Assembly: GCF_001194135.2 (NCBI RefSeq)
Contig: NC_068986.1
Location: 1,420,294-1,484,293 of the forward strand
Length of the DNA stretch: 64,000 bases
Source of the DNA: Octopus bimaculoides
Lineage: Eukaryota
Direction: 5' to 3'
The position numbers and the translations under genes are program-made. Shown here piece by piece: positions 1-11,548 of the stretch. How positions within the stretch are numbered: the stretch's first letter is position 1; each line of letters opens with the position of its first letter. Below the pieces are notes generated by a model. The model ran no database searches and had not been told where the DNA came from. It saw only the letters and a program-made list of their open reading frames with translations.

Positions 1-43
1 GGCACATAAAAGACACCATTTCGAGCGTGGCCGTTTTCGTGCG

Positions 44-236
44 GGTGACACGTAAAAGCACCCACTACACTCTCTGAGTGGTTGGCGTTAGGAAGGGCAT
101 CCAGCTGGAGAAACTCTGCCAAATCAGACTGGAGCCTGGTGTTGCCATCCGGTTTCACCAGTCCTCAGTCAAATCGTCCAACCCATGCTAGCATGGAAAG
201 CGGACGTTAAACGATGATGATGATGATGATGATGAT
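44..236 (+). mobile_element. SINE 3' half ending in a (GAT)n tail
   Basis: ...gtccaacccatgctagcatggaaagcggacgttaaac(gat)n; a near-identical inverted copy lies at 11366-11548. Confidence 0.8.
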
Positions 237-1020
237 GTATGTGTGTGACATCCAGTGTTGGTTAGTTTACATTCCCATAACTTAGCAGTTTGGCAAAAGA
301 GACTAATGGAATGAATGCCAGGCTTTAAAAAAAAAATAAGTGCAGGGGTCAATTTGTTTGACTAAACCCTTCAAGGTGATGCCTCAGCATGGCTGCAGTC
401 CTTTCACTGAAACAAGTCACAGAAAAAGAAAGATTAAGTGATGCAACTGCACTTATCTACATTCAAAATTCATTCATAATTGGTTGCTTATACAAACAAA
501 CAGCAAGAGTTATGAATATAAATTTTGCATTAGATATACAACACAATACTAAGAAATTCAGCAGTGTTTAAGTGATCTGCAAAGCTATTTTGAACTAAAA
601 CTGACTTCTTTTGCAATCAAAATTGATGTAGTATCATGTAGAAAATATGTTGGCAGATTTGCAACAATAAAATTTATCATCCTGGGGATAATGTAAATAT
701 AAGCTACTGCGGTAGAAATAACATAAACTAAACACTGATTAGAATTGTGGACATTTATAGTATCAAGTTTATTTGTATATAAAATGTGATAAATCTATAT
801 CTATTTCAGTAATTTGAGAAAAATAATGGTAAAGGTATCTAATTTAAATACTTTCAGTTTGATCATTCTCTGAAAATCTTTTTGCAGACTAATTATACAA
901 GGTTCTTCATAAGCATATCCATTCTTATAGAAATAACTTGTAAATCAAGGGGAAAATATGTAATGTAAAATGGTAAAAATGACAAACTGCATGATGATAA
1001 AAATGACAAGAATTTATTAC

Positions 1021-1186
1021 CTGAAAAGTAAACATTGCTTGGCAATGTTCAGTGGGCTACAACAGTTTTCAAGTGCTGCCTCCAGTCTACGCTTAAAGCT
1101 CTCAAGGCAGTCTATTTCTTCAGAGATGTCATCCAATTTCTTATCTATCTCAGACTTCCAGAATTTTAAATCATCAAGGCGTTGGT
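1021..1186 (-). CDS. TEKT1: Tektin-1 coding exon (DQRLDDLKFWKSEIDKKLDDISEEIDCLESFKRRLEAALENCCSPLNIAKQCLLFR)
   Basis: ctag|AC acceptor and AG|gtaat donor. The 166 nt are in phase with the previous exon and match the tektin motif QRLxxxxFWKxEL...LE.AL...PL.I...CL..R. Further exons lie outside the window. Confidence 0.92.
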
Positions 1187-1439
1187 CTAGATAATGGTTT
1201 AAGAGAAATGATAATGTTGATAATCACAAGAATAATCATGAATTGAACCATAATTTCCTGAAAATTCTATCAACCATAAAATTTACAAGTTTTAAAATAT
1301 TTTGTTCTTACAAATGGTTAATTATATTCCATTATCAGATAAGGACACAATTCATTATCAACACTATACATCTGCAAAATTACATGGAGGTTGCTTGCTC
1401 TGCTGCCAAATAAGAGCAGTAGAGGAAATCATGTAGTTC

Positions 1440-1570
1440 AGTTTAAGATGCCAAGAAGTCTGTATGACTTCTCATGCTGTATGGTAGAAAATACTTTTGC
1501 CATGGACAAAACTTAGATCAAAGAGTGGTACAAATGCTTCAAACATGGCTCCATCTCAGTGGAGAGTGAG
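1440..1570 (+). mobile_element. Mariner transposase HTH fragment
   Basis: Translates IKEWYKCFKHGSISVESE, similar to mariner ...EWxKRFKxGxxSVED. Confidence 0.5.
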
Positions 1571-1574
1571 GTAT

Positions 1575-2454
1575 GCTCAGTTCTGTAACCATAGGATGAA
1601 TTTGATCAGATAAAATGCTAAATAGTCTTGACTAATAATTCTGCCATGAAAAGAAACCACTGAGCTGGCAGATTTCCAAGATCTAGCTCCCCAGATCATC
1701 ACAGAACCTCCTCCATGTTTAACAGTTGGAAGAAGGCAGTCTGGGTCAAATGTTTCTTCTGGCTGTCTCCACTTGTATACTCGGCCAGTGGTCGGAAATA
1801 AGGTAAAGGATACCTCATCCAAGAAAATAACATTCTTCCACTGCTCTAGGGACCAATTCTGTAGGTTTTAACTCCACTCTAAACGCTTTGTAACGTTTGT
1901 TTTTGAAAATAGTGGGTTTCTGATTGCAGCCCTCCCGTGAAATCCTGTCCTGTGCAGCTCCCGGCGAACAGTTTTTATGGAAACTGGGTTCTTGAGGTGG
2001 TCATTAAGCTCTGCAGTAAATTTGGGAGCTGTACTTTTGTGATCCTTTCTAACAATTCGCGTAATAGTCTGATGGTCCCTATCTGAAAGTTTTGATTTTC
2101 TTCTGGAGTTTTGTTTCGATGAGGAGGTTTTTCCCTCTTTCTCAAAGGCTGTCATTACTTTCAAGACAGTACTTCTTGCTACACCAAACATTTCGGCTGT
2201 TTTCATTACGCTAGTGCCTGCCATACGAGCACCAACAATTTGACCTCTTTGAAAGTCCGATAGATCTGTCATTTTAATGAAGTTTAATTACCTTTTTCTG
2301 ATGATATCTGAAAAGAAACAGCAATTTTTAGCAAAACATATTAAGCAACACTAATAATAAATAAAAAAAAGTAAAAATATACTAGCTTTTGGTGGTTTTA
2401 TAAATATTTTAAAATTATGATGCTATGAGTTTCCATCATTTTATCCAACCCCTG
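1575..2454 (-). mobile_element. 3'-truncated Tc1-like transposon in a tektin intron
   Basis: Starts TA+CAGGGGTTGGATAAAATG at 2456-2437. The transposase frame 2272-1577 has one in-frame TAA at 1870-1868 and contains the HTH, IFLDE and TVKHGGGSVMIWG motifs. No second TIR was found. Confidence 0.9.
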
Positions 2455-2644
2455 TATACACACACACACACACACACATATATAGGTTATAAAGCAAACT
2501 TCTTAACTACATAGTAATATCAGTGTTCAGAAATTTAAGAAATCTTTAACTGTGTTCTATAATCGTAAATTATTTATAATAAACTAAAACCTACTTTTCA
2601 AATTCCAAAACAGAGAAAATGATAGAAAACAAATCTGTGTTTAC

Positions 2645-2826
2645 CAAATTTCTTATTCACATCATTCTGTGTCTTTTTCGTTTGAGTTTCTGTTTCATCT
2701 TGCAGACGCAATGACTCTGCAACCAATCTTTCTGCATTTTGTCTTTCTGTGTTGGCATTGGCATATTTTCTCAAATTGGAACATGTCCAGTCTTCATGGG
2801 TAAATCTCGTTAATGATCCATCCAGT
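2645..2826 (-). CDS. TEKT1: Tektin-1 coding exon (LDGSLTRFTHEDW...AERLVAESLRLQDETETQTKKTQNDVNKKF)
   Basis: Colinear without gaps with the human TEKT1 N-terminus as I recall it (KFLPSEW...SERLVAESQRLVDE...QSDVNKKL). Donor TTT G|gtaa at 2645/2644. The 5' boundary is uncertain (2826, or 2834 if TTG were the start). Confidence 0.88.
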
Positions 2827-3239
2827 CTGGCCAATGAAAAATGGTTTAAACATGATGCAGGAAATATACAATGTAGAGGATAAACATCTGAGATTGCTAA
2901 AATTCAAAGTAGGTGTTAAGGTAAGCATGGCACAGGAGAAAAAAAAAGGATAAGAAATCTATGGCCAGAAGCCATGTGCATGACACCTCTATCTAATGCA
3001 CTTAAGTGCAGCCTTTTGGGAGAATTCTGGATTTTGAATAAAAAATAGATTTGTTTCCATTTCTACTGATTACATAATATATACAGAGTAATGCAAAAGT
3101 CATAAACCAATAAAATAACACTTTGCCATAACATCTTCATATTCGTTATCTCTTGTTTGTAAATGTGACAAATGTTCATAAAATGATCATTATTCTTATT
3201 TGAGAATAATGTCAGAAATTTTTTAAATATTAATTTCGT

Positions 3240-3490
3240 TAATTGATGAATTGGCAGATGGGCTCCTGTGTCTTGGCTCCCAAGGTTCCCAGACCTAACT
3301 CTCTTTGACATTAAGTTTGTTATCTATACAAATTGTCTGAGAAGTGCAGAAGAATCAAAAGAAAACATAAGAATTCAATGTGCAAAAATCAACACTGAAG
3401 TCTTGAATAATGTACACAATTCTCTTTGGGTTTGTTTTCAGAAATCTAATGAATGTAAAAGAAATCAGTTTGGACAATTATTCTAGCCAT
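3240..3490 (+). mobile_element. Decayed Tc1/mariner transposase C-terminal fragment
   Basis: SWLPRFPDLTLFD...NVHNSLWVC...NQFGQLF resembles WPPRSPDLTPLDF...C....G..FEQL. Confidence 0.55.
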
Positions 3491-4262
3491 TTTTTTTTTG
3501 TTTGCCTGAGTTAATAATTTTGTGATAATGAATGTTATGTAAATAAAATCAAAGATTAATGTATCTCTAATGTAAATGGTTTTTATTGTCTTGTGAATAG
3601 GGTGGTGCATGACTTTTGCACCACCCTTGATATCTGTCTATCTATCCATCTGTCTGTCTGTCTGACCATATAAATATGTGTGTGTGTGTATTGTTGATGC
3701 CATAAGAATTTAATAAGTATTTGAAAGAGTGTAGAATAATTCTCCCCTGGACTTATTCTTGTGATATTTTTTGTACTTTTTAATAAAGTATATATACATA
3801 TATACATACATATAGGTATATTCATATATATATATANNNNNNNNNNNNNNNNNNNNNNNNNNNNNNNNNNNNNNNNNNNNNNNNNNNNNNNNNNNNNNNN
3901 NNNNNNNNNNNNNNNNNNNNNNNNNNNNNNNNNNNNNNNNNNNNNNNNNNNNNNNNNNNNNNNNNNNNNNNNNNNNNNNNNNNNNNNNNNNNNNNNNNNN
4001 NNNNNNNNNNNNNNNNNNNNNNNNNNNNNNNNNNNNNNNNNNNNNNNNNNNNNNNNNNNNNNNNNNNNNNNNNNNNNNNNNNNNNNNNNNNNNNNNNNNN
4101 NNNNNNNNNNNNNNNNNNNNNNNNNNNNNATATAAATGTAGAGTAGCGGTACAACAAAGTACCGATGTTTACTGGAAATAACAGTCGATAAATACACATA
4201 CACACATATATACATACATATAGGTATATTCATATATATATATATATATATATAACACAAAT

Positions 4263-4295
<33 letters not shown>

Positions 4296-4352
4296 AAATT
4301 TCGTTCTTTTGCAACTCTAATGGTAAAAATTTAGAAAAACAATCATTTTTAC

Positions 4353-4369
4353 CTAAAGTCCTTATCCAT
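4353..4369 (-). CDS. TEKT1: Tektin-1 predicted first coding exon (MDKDF + AG, phase 2)
   Basis: Minus strand reads gcaATG GAT AAG GAC TTT AG|gtaaaa, a good donor. Phase 2 fits the cag| acceptor at 2828-2827, giving MDKDF-R-LDGSLTRF. An X-box lies 38 bp upstream. Inferred from sequence only, with no transcript evidence. Confidence 0.5.
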
Positions 4370-4406
4370 TGCTGCCGTCGGAAAGTTTGATGTTACTTTT
4401 AGTACG

Positions 4407-4420
4407 GTTACCATAGAGAC
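4407..4420. promoter_or_regulatory. RFX X-box (GTTACCATAGAGAC) upstream of tektin
   Basis: Close match to the X-box consensus GTNRCCATRGNRAC, placed immediately 5' of a motile-cilia gene. RFX control of ciliary genes is established. Confidence 0.65.
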
Positions 4421-5931
4421 ACATTAACAATCACTTACTACGCTCATACCCAACATGCTTATCTAACACTCACTTTCATTGGCTAAAACGTGGGGACGTG
4501 GTCTGTCACACCTGTGATGCTAATTGTCCTGTCCTCGTCACCTCTTTACGTGTGTGTTACCCTCGTGGGAGCGCTTGAGATGGAAAAGTCCCCACTCGAG
4601 TTCCTATGCATTATGCATGCATCTCAGTCATGCGTGAAAACAAACACGAAGTGAAAAAATATTCAATGTATTGAAGGATAGGAATGAATTTATTTTTATT
4701 AGGGAATGTGTGATAGTGACTTCGAAATGTCTCCGATGAATTGCTGGCTATGTGTATACGTGAATGTGTTGTGTGTGTGCGATGACATTAGCATAATATT
4801 TTGTTAGTATTGTCAACTATATCGTCCGAATACCTGTTAATATGTCAACTTAAGCGATCGTTTTTATGCCACCTTACTTCTATTTCATCATCCAACTTTT
4901 CTGACTGAATTCGTTTTTCAGAATTGTCTGAGTCATTGTAGTTTTGTCCTGAGTGGACCCTAAAAAAATCTTTAAATCGTTCTTTTATTCAGAGTATCTA
5001 CATTAAGAGTTTGTTCTTTCCTAAATTCAATAGGGTGTAATTTGAGAGATATTTGGCTGCTATTTCTAGCATTTCATTCGACCGCGTAGAGAAGAGGCAC
5101 TTTCATATTCCATAGAGGTGGAGGACTCACAATCCAATCAGAGGTCTGTAGATAATTCAGTAAGTGATAGAGTTGTTATTGTCTAGCTAAACCCTAATTG
5201 AAGTGACCACTGATGGGAGGCATTCCAGGCGTGATCATCATTTCTTTTTTGTGGGTATCCAAGATATTTTAAAACAGTAGGGTTGAGTAGTGAGAGATTT
5301 GGTTGCTATTTGTATTTAATTATTTATTAAAATTCAACAACCGAGTAGTTGACATCGCTTATTGGCAGTGATTTATTTCCTTGTAAGGTTAAAAAAAAAG
5401 TGTTTTCGCTGTCAAATGAAAATGTAAATTTGTTAACTACGAGAGTAACACATTTATATTTACAAAGCCCAGCAATTTCAGGAGGAGGGGGTTATGCATT
5501 TTCATCGACCTAATACTTTACTGGTATTTCATGTTTGTCGACTCCGGGTGAATGAAAGGCAAAGTTAACAGCGGTGGAATTTGAACTCAGAAGAGCTGGA
5601 ATAAATAATCACTTGGAATTTTTTTTTCCGAAGCTTTAATGATTCTGCCAAATAATATTAAACTAAGAGACCCTCTTCTCACAACTAAATCGGTGGAGTG
5701 AGTGCGACACAAAAGTCTCCCTCCTACTCCAGATTGCTCCCCTTTTCCTCCCTCCTCTTTATAAGCACTGTATTTTTCACTCCCACCTTCCTTCGCTGTA
5801 CGAACATGTCTTTCTACTTCCAGCTCCCTCCTCCCACCTTTAGATAAACATGTCTTTCTGCTCTCCCTCCCACCGCTCCTCTATCAATCTATTACTATGT
5901 TACAAGGCGGGAGGGTCGCACTTGCAGAAAC

Positions 5932-6064
5932 ATGGATCCTGGACGAGGTGTCGTCGCCACCACTGGACTTGGCAAATCTTACTCACCCTTTGCCAGGCCC
6001 CATTCTTATATGATGGCAGCTGCCCCTAGCAGTTCTTCGAAAAGTTTAAAGGGCATAATTGCAG
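5932..6064 (+). CDS. SLC25A1: Mitochondrial citrate (tricarboxylate) carrier exon 1 (MDPGRG...SPFARPHSYMMAAAPSSSSKSLKGIIA-G)
   Basis: ORF ends KGIIA G|gtcagt, equivalent to human KAILA-G, with a phase 1 donor. Confidence 0.8.
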
Positions 6065-9000
6065 GTCAGTCACTTCAAGTGTTTATATATTTCATGCTGT
6101 CAGCTCAAACATTGTAATTGTGTTTCAACACAAATCGTGTTCAACATTTAAATAAACCCTTTCACACAAACAACACAACACATCATGTTTTTGCATGGCT
6201 TGATTGCTTTATATTATGTTATCTATATGAAGTTGACTGAAGTCCATTATGTAACTTTATTTTTTTCTTCTTTCAGTCATTTCTACATAACACGAGATAC
6301 CTAAGCGCTTATGTGTGTGTGTATATATATATATATATGTGCATAATATATATATATATATATACATAAATATATATATATTAAATTGTACATTAATTGT
6401 TATTTTTCTTCGATTGGGGTCTTTGTTTACAGTTTGCTTCTGAATATTTCATTTGTGACTTTCCCAAATAACCAGAAATAGTAGTTCACCAATTGTTTCC
6501 ATTAATTGACAATTTATACGAAGCTATAATTGAAAAAAAAAAAAGAAAAAAAAATTGCATTCGATTTAGGAAGTAAAAAACGTGAAATAGTGTGAATTCA
6601 GTGGTTTTGAAATGTATTACAAATTACCATACACACCCACATTTATTAATTTTTATCACAACATACACTACCATGATTTGTTGTATATATATGAATACAC
6701 CAAACTACATGAATTTATTTATTGAAAGCTGAACCTTCACTGTGTCATTCAATTTCAAGTTGCATATTTATTCCTGATGTGTCCTTTACACCACCACATC
6801 AAAAACAATAATAAAAGAATTACGAATGAACGACGGTGCTTCTATCACCATTCGATAAGTCACTTTTCTACTACACGTAGGACACGTTGGTTAACATAGA
6901 CCTAATAATAAAAGAAAGGTTGAAATAAAAACAAAAGGAAAAATAAAAAGGTAGGATGGCTACTGTTAGAATATCTATAATAAGACACCTACAACGTTCA
7001 GGGCTGACCTGGGAATCAACACTTTACAAGAACATGAGTTTGCATGGTCGCTGGATTTAAAGGAAATGGCAACCACCGTCTTAAATTATGAGAGAATACA
7101 GTCGCATGATTATAGCCTAACAAATCCTTAAAAAGACAGGATGATGATCACGGCTGGAATGTCTTCCATCGGAGATCTCGTTTAGAGTTGACCTGGGGCT
7201 AAATATTATTAACACGCAAGTGTTTGGGAAGTTCGATGCTGTTCTTGATGTTGTTTGTTTACGTTTATTTCCCATCCGTTGATCAAACTTAGTCATCTTC
7301 TATAAAGATTAGGATTATAATAATAATAAATAAATACCTTTTTTTATGACTAATAATAATAATAATTATAGTAAAGGTGGAGGTGTAATGAGGGTGGAGA
7401 AAAGTGTTTGTAGATGACTGCGTTGAGTAAATAAATAAATACACACGCACCACCCGCTTTTCATTCGTCCTCAGTTTATCACGAGCAAGTGCCTGCATGT
7501 TGAATCATCATAAACACTCGCTCTATACTCACACAGGGACTAATATATATATATATGTGTGTGTATACATACACAACACATTTAACAAGCAGAGCCCATT
7601 AAAATTCGTTGTTTCGCCCCCATGTCCGTCCAGATCAATCAAATTCTCTTTGATCAAATGCATTTTACCCATAATCGCAGACCATGCTGTCTTTTACATA
7701 TCTGCAGAGTACTCGGGATTAGATTATCCAACGAAAGCTAATCTTTGAATGATTCGATGGAAATTTGGCTGCTATTTCTAACATGTTTCTCGTTGATTGG
7801 ATTATATTACTCGGTGTCTCGCTTGGTGAAGTCTTCCGTGTGATGTATATAATATAAATAATATACATATATATATGTGTGTGAGAGACCATTATTAGTT
7901 TGTATAATCTACGTTTGTATACAATCCATGGTGTATTTAGACCTCAATTTTTAAGTTAGCACCAATTCAGTTCTTTGATCGAAAGCATTCCACCCATGTC
8001 CATCCTTTCTTGGGGGTGTCCAAAGTTCCCTTTTTTTAGGACAGTAAGCTGTAATTTTAGGGATATTTAGCTGCTGTTACTAGCATTTAAGGAGCACGTG
8101 AAGGTCTTCTTCCTTCGGTTGTTGGTAAATAGGAATTGTCTAACAGTCTTAGCATAATTTGCGTGTGTAGCTTAAAATGGTCATTACATTTCTATGGAAG
8201 ACTGGATGCATAAAGATTTCAGTTACTTTCGCACGGTTTTATTTGATTTCATTCTGTTGGTTTTTAATTTTTCACACACTGACAAAACGGGTATACATGT
8301 GTGTGTGTGTTTTCTGTATACGTGTGTTGGGCGGAATCCTGCTCTAAGTAGTTCTGGTATTTAAGCCAAAAATTCGGACTGTCCGATTATTAAACTGAAA
8401 AATTAAAAAAAAATTTTTTTCCACGGTCGTATGAATTCCCGTGTGTAGAACACAGATTCGCAAGAATTTTCGGAGGTAAAAAAAAAAAAAGTTACGTGGG
8501 GTGCTTAAAGCAGAATTCCACCCGTTTTTGTATATTCATACCCATAAGTTCAAATGTATTCAAATTTTGGTTTAAGTCCATCAGTTTTAGGGGGACAGGG
8601 TCAGTCGATTACATCAACTCCCGTATTCGACTGGTACTTTATTTTACCGACCACGAAATGATAAAAGGCAAAATTAACCTTGGCGGGATTTGAACTCGAG
8701 ATGTAAAGAATCGAAAGAAATGCTGTTAAGAATTTTGTTCGACGCACTAATGATTCTCTAAACCTTCATATAAACGCAATTGAACTGGTTATGTGTGTGT
8801 TTGTGCTATATGTACTGATGAAATTCTTTTTCAAAATTGTAATATATTTATATGGGAAAATAATTACGACTGGTTTAGATTTCTTGCACAGTTAACGAAC
8901 TACTTATGTTACAACTTGTTTTCCTCTATTTTACTTCTTAGACAAAACTGAATATTATCATCATGTATATTATTTACTGTTCTAGGGGCGGGGGATTAAA

Positions 9001-9592
9001 AATGAAGATTTTGCATTCTATTTTCCTTCCTTGGAGAAGCATTATTGGTTATTGTTTAGATCTAAGTCAACGGTCATCTTTTTTTAGTGACATCTAGGAC
9101 TATATTGAACATGCCCATTACATCTCCCTCATTTTTCTTTTCTTACTCATTAAACTGTAGTGGTTTATAATTTGAGACGATTCGGCTGCTAATTGTAGCA
9201 TGTCTTCAGATCGCGTAGGTTCTCCGCCCAGTAAAGTGTATTTAGGTCGAATCAAATGAGCACACGACACATTTTTCTATCCATTTTTACAGATTTTACG
9301 CTTAAGTAAAAAGAGATTGGATTTGAATAAATAACCAAAAATCTTGCCCTCCCCCCGCTGCCAACACACGACCCTTTTTTTCATTGTGAAGGGGAGAAAA
9401 GGAAAAGTGAAAGCAACTGTTCTACTACGACCACTACTGCAAAAGCACCGACGCAAACAACACGTATCTAGTCTCTCGCATCGCCTTTCTTGAAAAGAGG
9501 TGCGAATCATCACAAGATGGAAGCACGTGTGTCGGTTGTCTCTGCCAAGTGCGTGGGCTGCTGTGGAGGTTTATAGAAGTGGATCGTTAAAC

Positions 9593-9961
9593 GTTACTCT
9601 TACGCCTACTTGTTTCAGTCATTTGACTGCGGCCATGCTGGAGCACTGCCTTTAGTCGAGTAAATCGACCCCAGGACTTATTCTTTGAAAGCCTAATACT
9701 TATTCTATCGGTATCTTTTGCCGAACAGCTAAGTTACGGGGACGTAAACACACCAGCATCGGTTGTCAAGCGATGTTGTAGGACAAACACAAACACACAC
9801 ACACACACATACATATATACATTTACATATATACGACGGGCTTCTTTCAGTTTCCGTCTACCAAATCCACTCACAAGGCTTGGGTCGGTCCGGCCCAAGT
9901 GGGACTGAACCCAGAACCATGTGGTTGGTACGCAAGCTACTTACCACACAGCCACTCCTGC
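9593..9961 (-). mobile_element. tRNA-derived SINE with internal (CA)n
   Basis: Minus-strand A box TGGCTGTGTGG and B box GGTTCAGTCCC. Related copies lie at about 19905-20262(-), 27380-27680(-), 27745-27860(+), 37200-37560(+), 38330-38700(+), 41690-41850(-), 51135-51230(+), 60420-60485(+) and 61000-61115(-). Confidence 0.8.
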
Positions 9962-10224
9962 CCTTCACTGTGAAGGGGGTGGGGGGAGAACGGAAAGTGA
10001 TAGCAACTGTGCAACGACCACTACAGATTTACTGACAAAAAGACAAATTAAGAAAGATGGATGCTGTAAAAGAGAAATAGCAGACGACGTATCACGTGAT
10101 GGCACATGTTATTTGTGTCTGTTGATGGTGGGCTGTCAGAGTTTTCGTTTCAATGTTGCGTTAGTTTACACATTTAATCAAATAAAGGAGAAACAAAAAG
10201 CTTCGTTCATCACCCCCCCCCCCC

Positions 10225-11176
10225 NNNNNNNNNNNNNNNNNNNNNNNNNNNNNNNNNNNNNNNNNNNNNNNNNNNNNNNNNNNNNNNNNNNNNNNNNNNN
10301 NNNNNNNNNNNNNNNNNNNNNNNNNNNNNNNNNNNNNNNNNNNNNNNNNNNNNNNNNNNNNNNNNNNNNNNNNNNNNNNNNNNNNNNNNNNNNNNNNNNN
10401 NNNNNNNNNNNNNNNNNNNNNNNNNNNNNNNNNNNNNNNNNNNNNNNNNNNNNNNNNNNNNNNNNNNNNNNNNNNNNNNNNNNNNNNNNNNNNNNNNNNN
10501 NNNNNNNNNNNNNNNNNNNNNNNNNNNNNNNNNNNNNNNNNNNNNNNNNNNNNNNNNNNNNNNNNNNNNNNNNNNNNNNNNNNNNNNNNNNNNNNNNNNN
10601 NNNNNNNNNNNNNNNNNNNNNNNNNNNNNNNNNNNNNNNNNNNNNNNNNNNNNNNNNNNNNNNNNNNNNNNNNNNNNNNNNNNNNNNNNNNNNNNNNNNN
10701 NNNNNNNNNNNNNNNNNNNNNNNNNNNNNNNNNNNNNNNNNNNNNNNNNNNNNNNNNNNNNNNNNNNNNNNNNNNNNNNNNNNNNNNNNNNNNNNNNNNN
10801 NNNNNNNNNNNNNNNNNNNNNNNNNNNNNNNNNNNNNNNNNNNNNNNNNNNNNNNNNNNNNNNNNNNNNNNNNNNNNNNNNNNNNNNNNNNNNNNNNNNN
10901 NNNNNNNNNNNNNNNNNNNNNNNNNNNNNNNNNNNNNNNNNNNNNNNNNNNNNNNNNNNNNNNNNNNNNNNNNNNNNNNNNNNNNNNNNNNNNNNNNNNN
11001 NNNNNNNNNNNNNNNNNNNNNNNNNNNNNNNNNNNNNNNNNNNNNNNNNNNNNNNNNNNNNNNNNNNNNNNNNNNNNNNNNNNNNNNNNNNNNNNNNNNN
11101 NNNNNNNNNNNNNNNNNNNNNNNNNNNNNNNNNNNNNNNNNNNNNNNNNNNNNNNNNNNNNNNNNNNNNNNNNNNN
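10225..11176. other. Assembly gap (largest of eight)
   Basis: N runs at 3837-4129, 10225-11176, 28292-28301, 40733-41119, 48370-48379, 53295-53304, 55115-55319 and 58771-58780. Confidence 1.
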
Positions 11177-11365
11177 ATATATGTATGTGTGTATGTATGT
11201 ATATGTATCTATGTATGTATGTGTGTATGTATGTATGTATATGTATCTATGTATGTATATGTATACGTATGTATATGTATATGTATATATTTGTATATGT
11301 ATACGTATATATATATGTATGCGTATATTTATATGTATACGTATGTGTATGTATACGTATGTATA

Positions 11366-11548
11366 TCATCATCATCATCGTTTAACGTCCGCTTTCCATG
11401 CTAGCATGGGTTGGACGATTTGACTGAGGACTGGTGAAACCGGATGGTAACACCAGGCTCCAGTCTAATTTGGCAGAGTTTCTACAGCTGGATGCCCTTC
11501 CTAACGCCAACCACTCAGAGAGTGTAGTGGGTGCTTTTACGTGTCACC
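11366..11548 (-). mobile_element. SINE 3' half, same family as 44-236
   Basis: 3 mismatches to the 44-236 copy over about 180 nt by manual comparison; embedded in a microsatellite. Confidence 0.8.

Noticed and set aside
5758-5766. TATA box for SLC25A1
   Set aside because: TTTATAAG is a weak match in AT-rich DNA and the TSS is unknown.
9921-11423. 500-aa ORF and other X-rich ORFs (3583-4314, 40547-41164)
   Set aside because: They are artefacts of N-gaps and flanking microsatellites.
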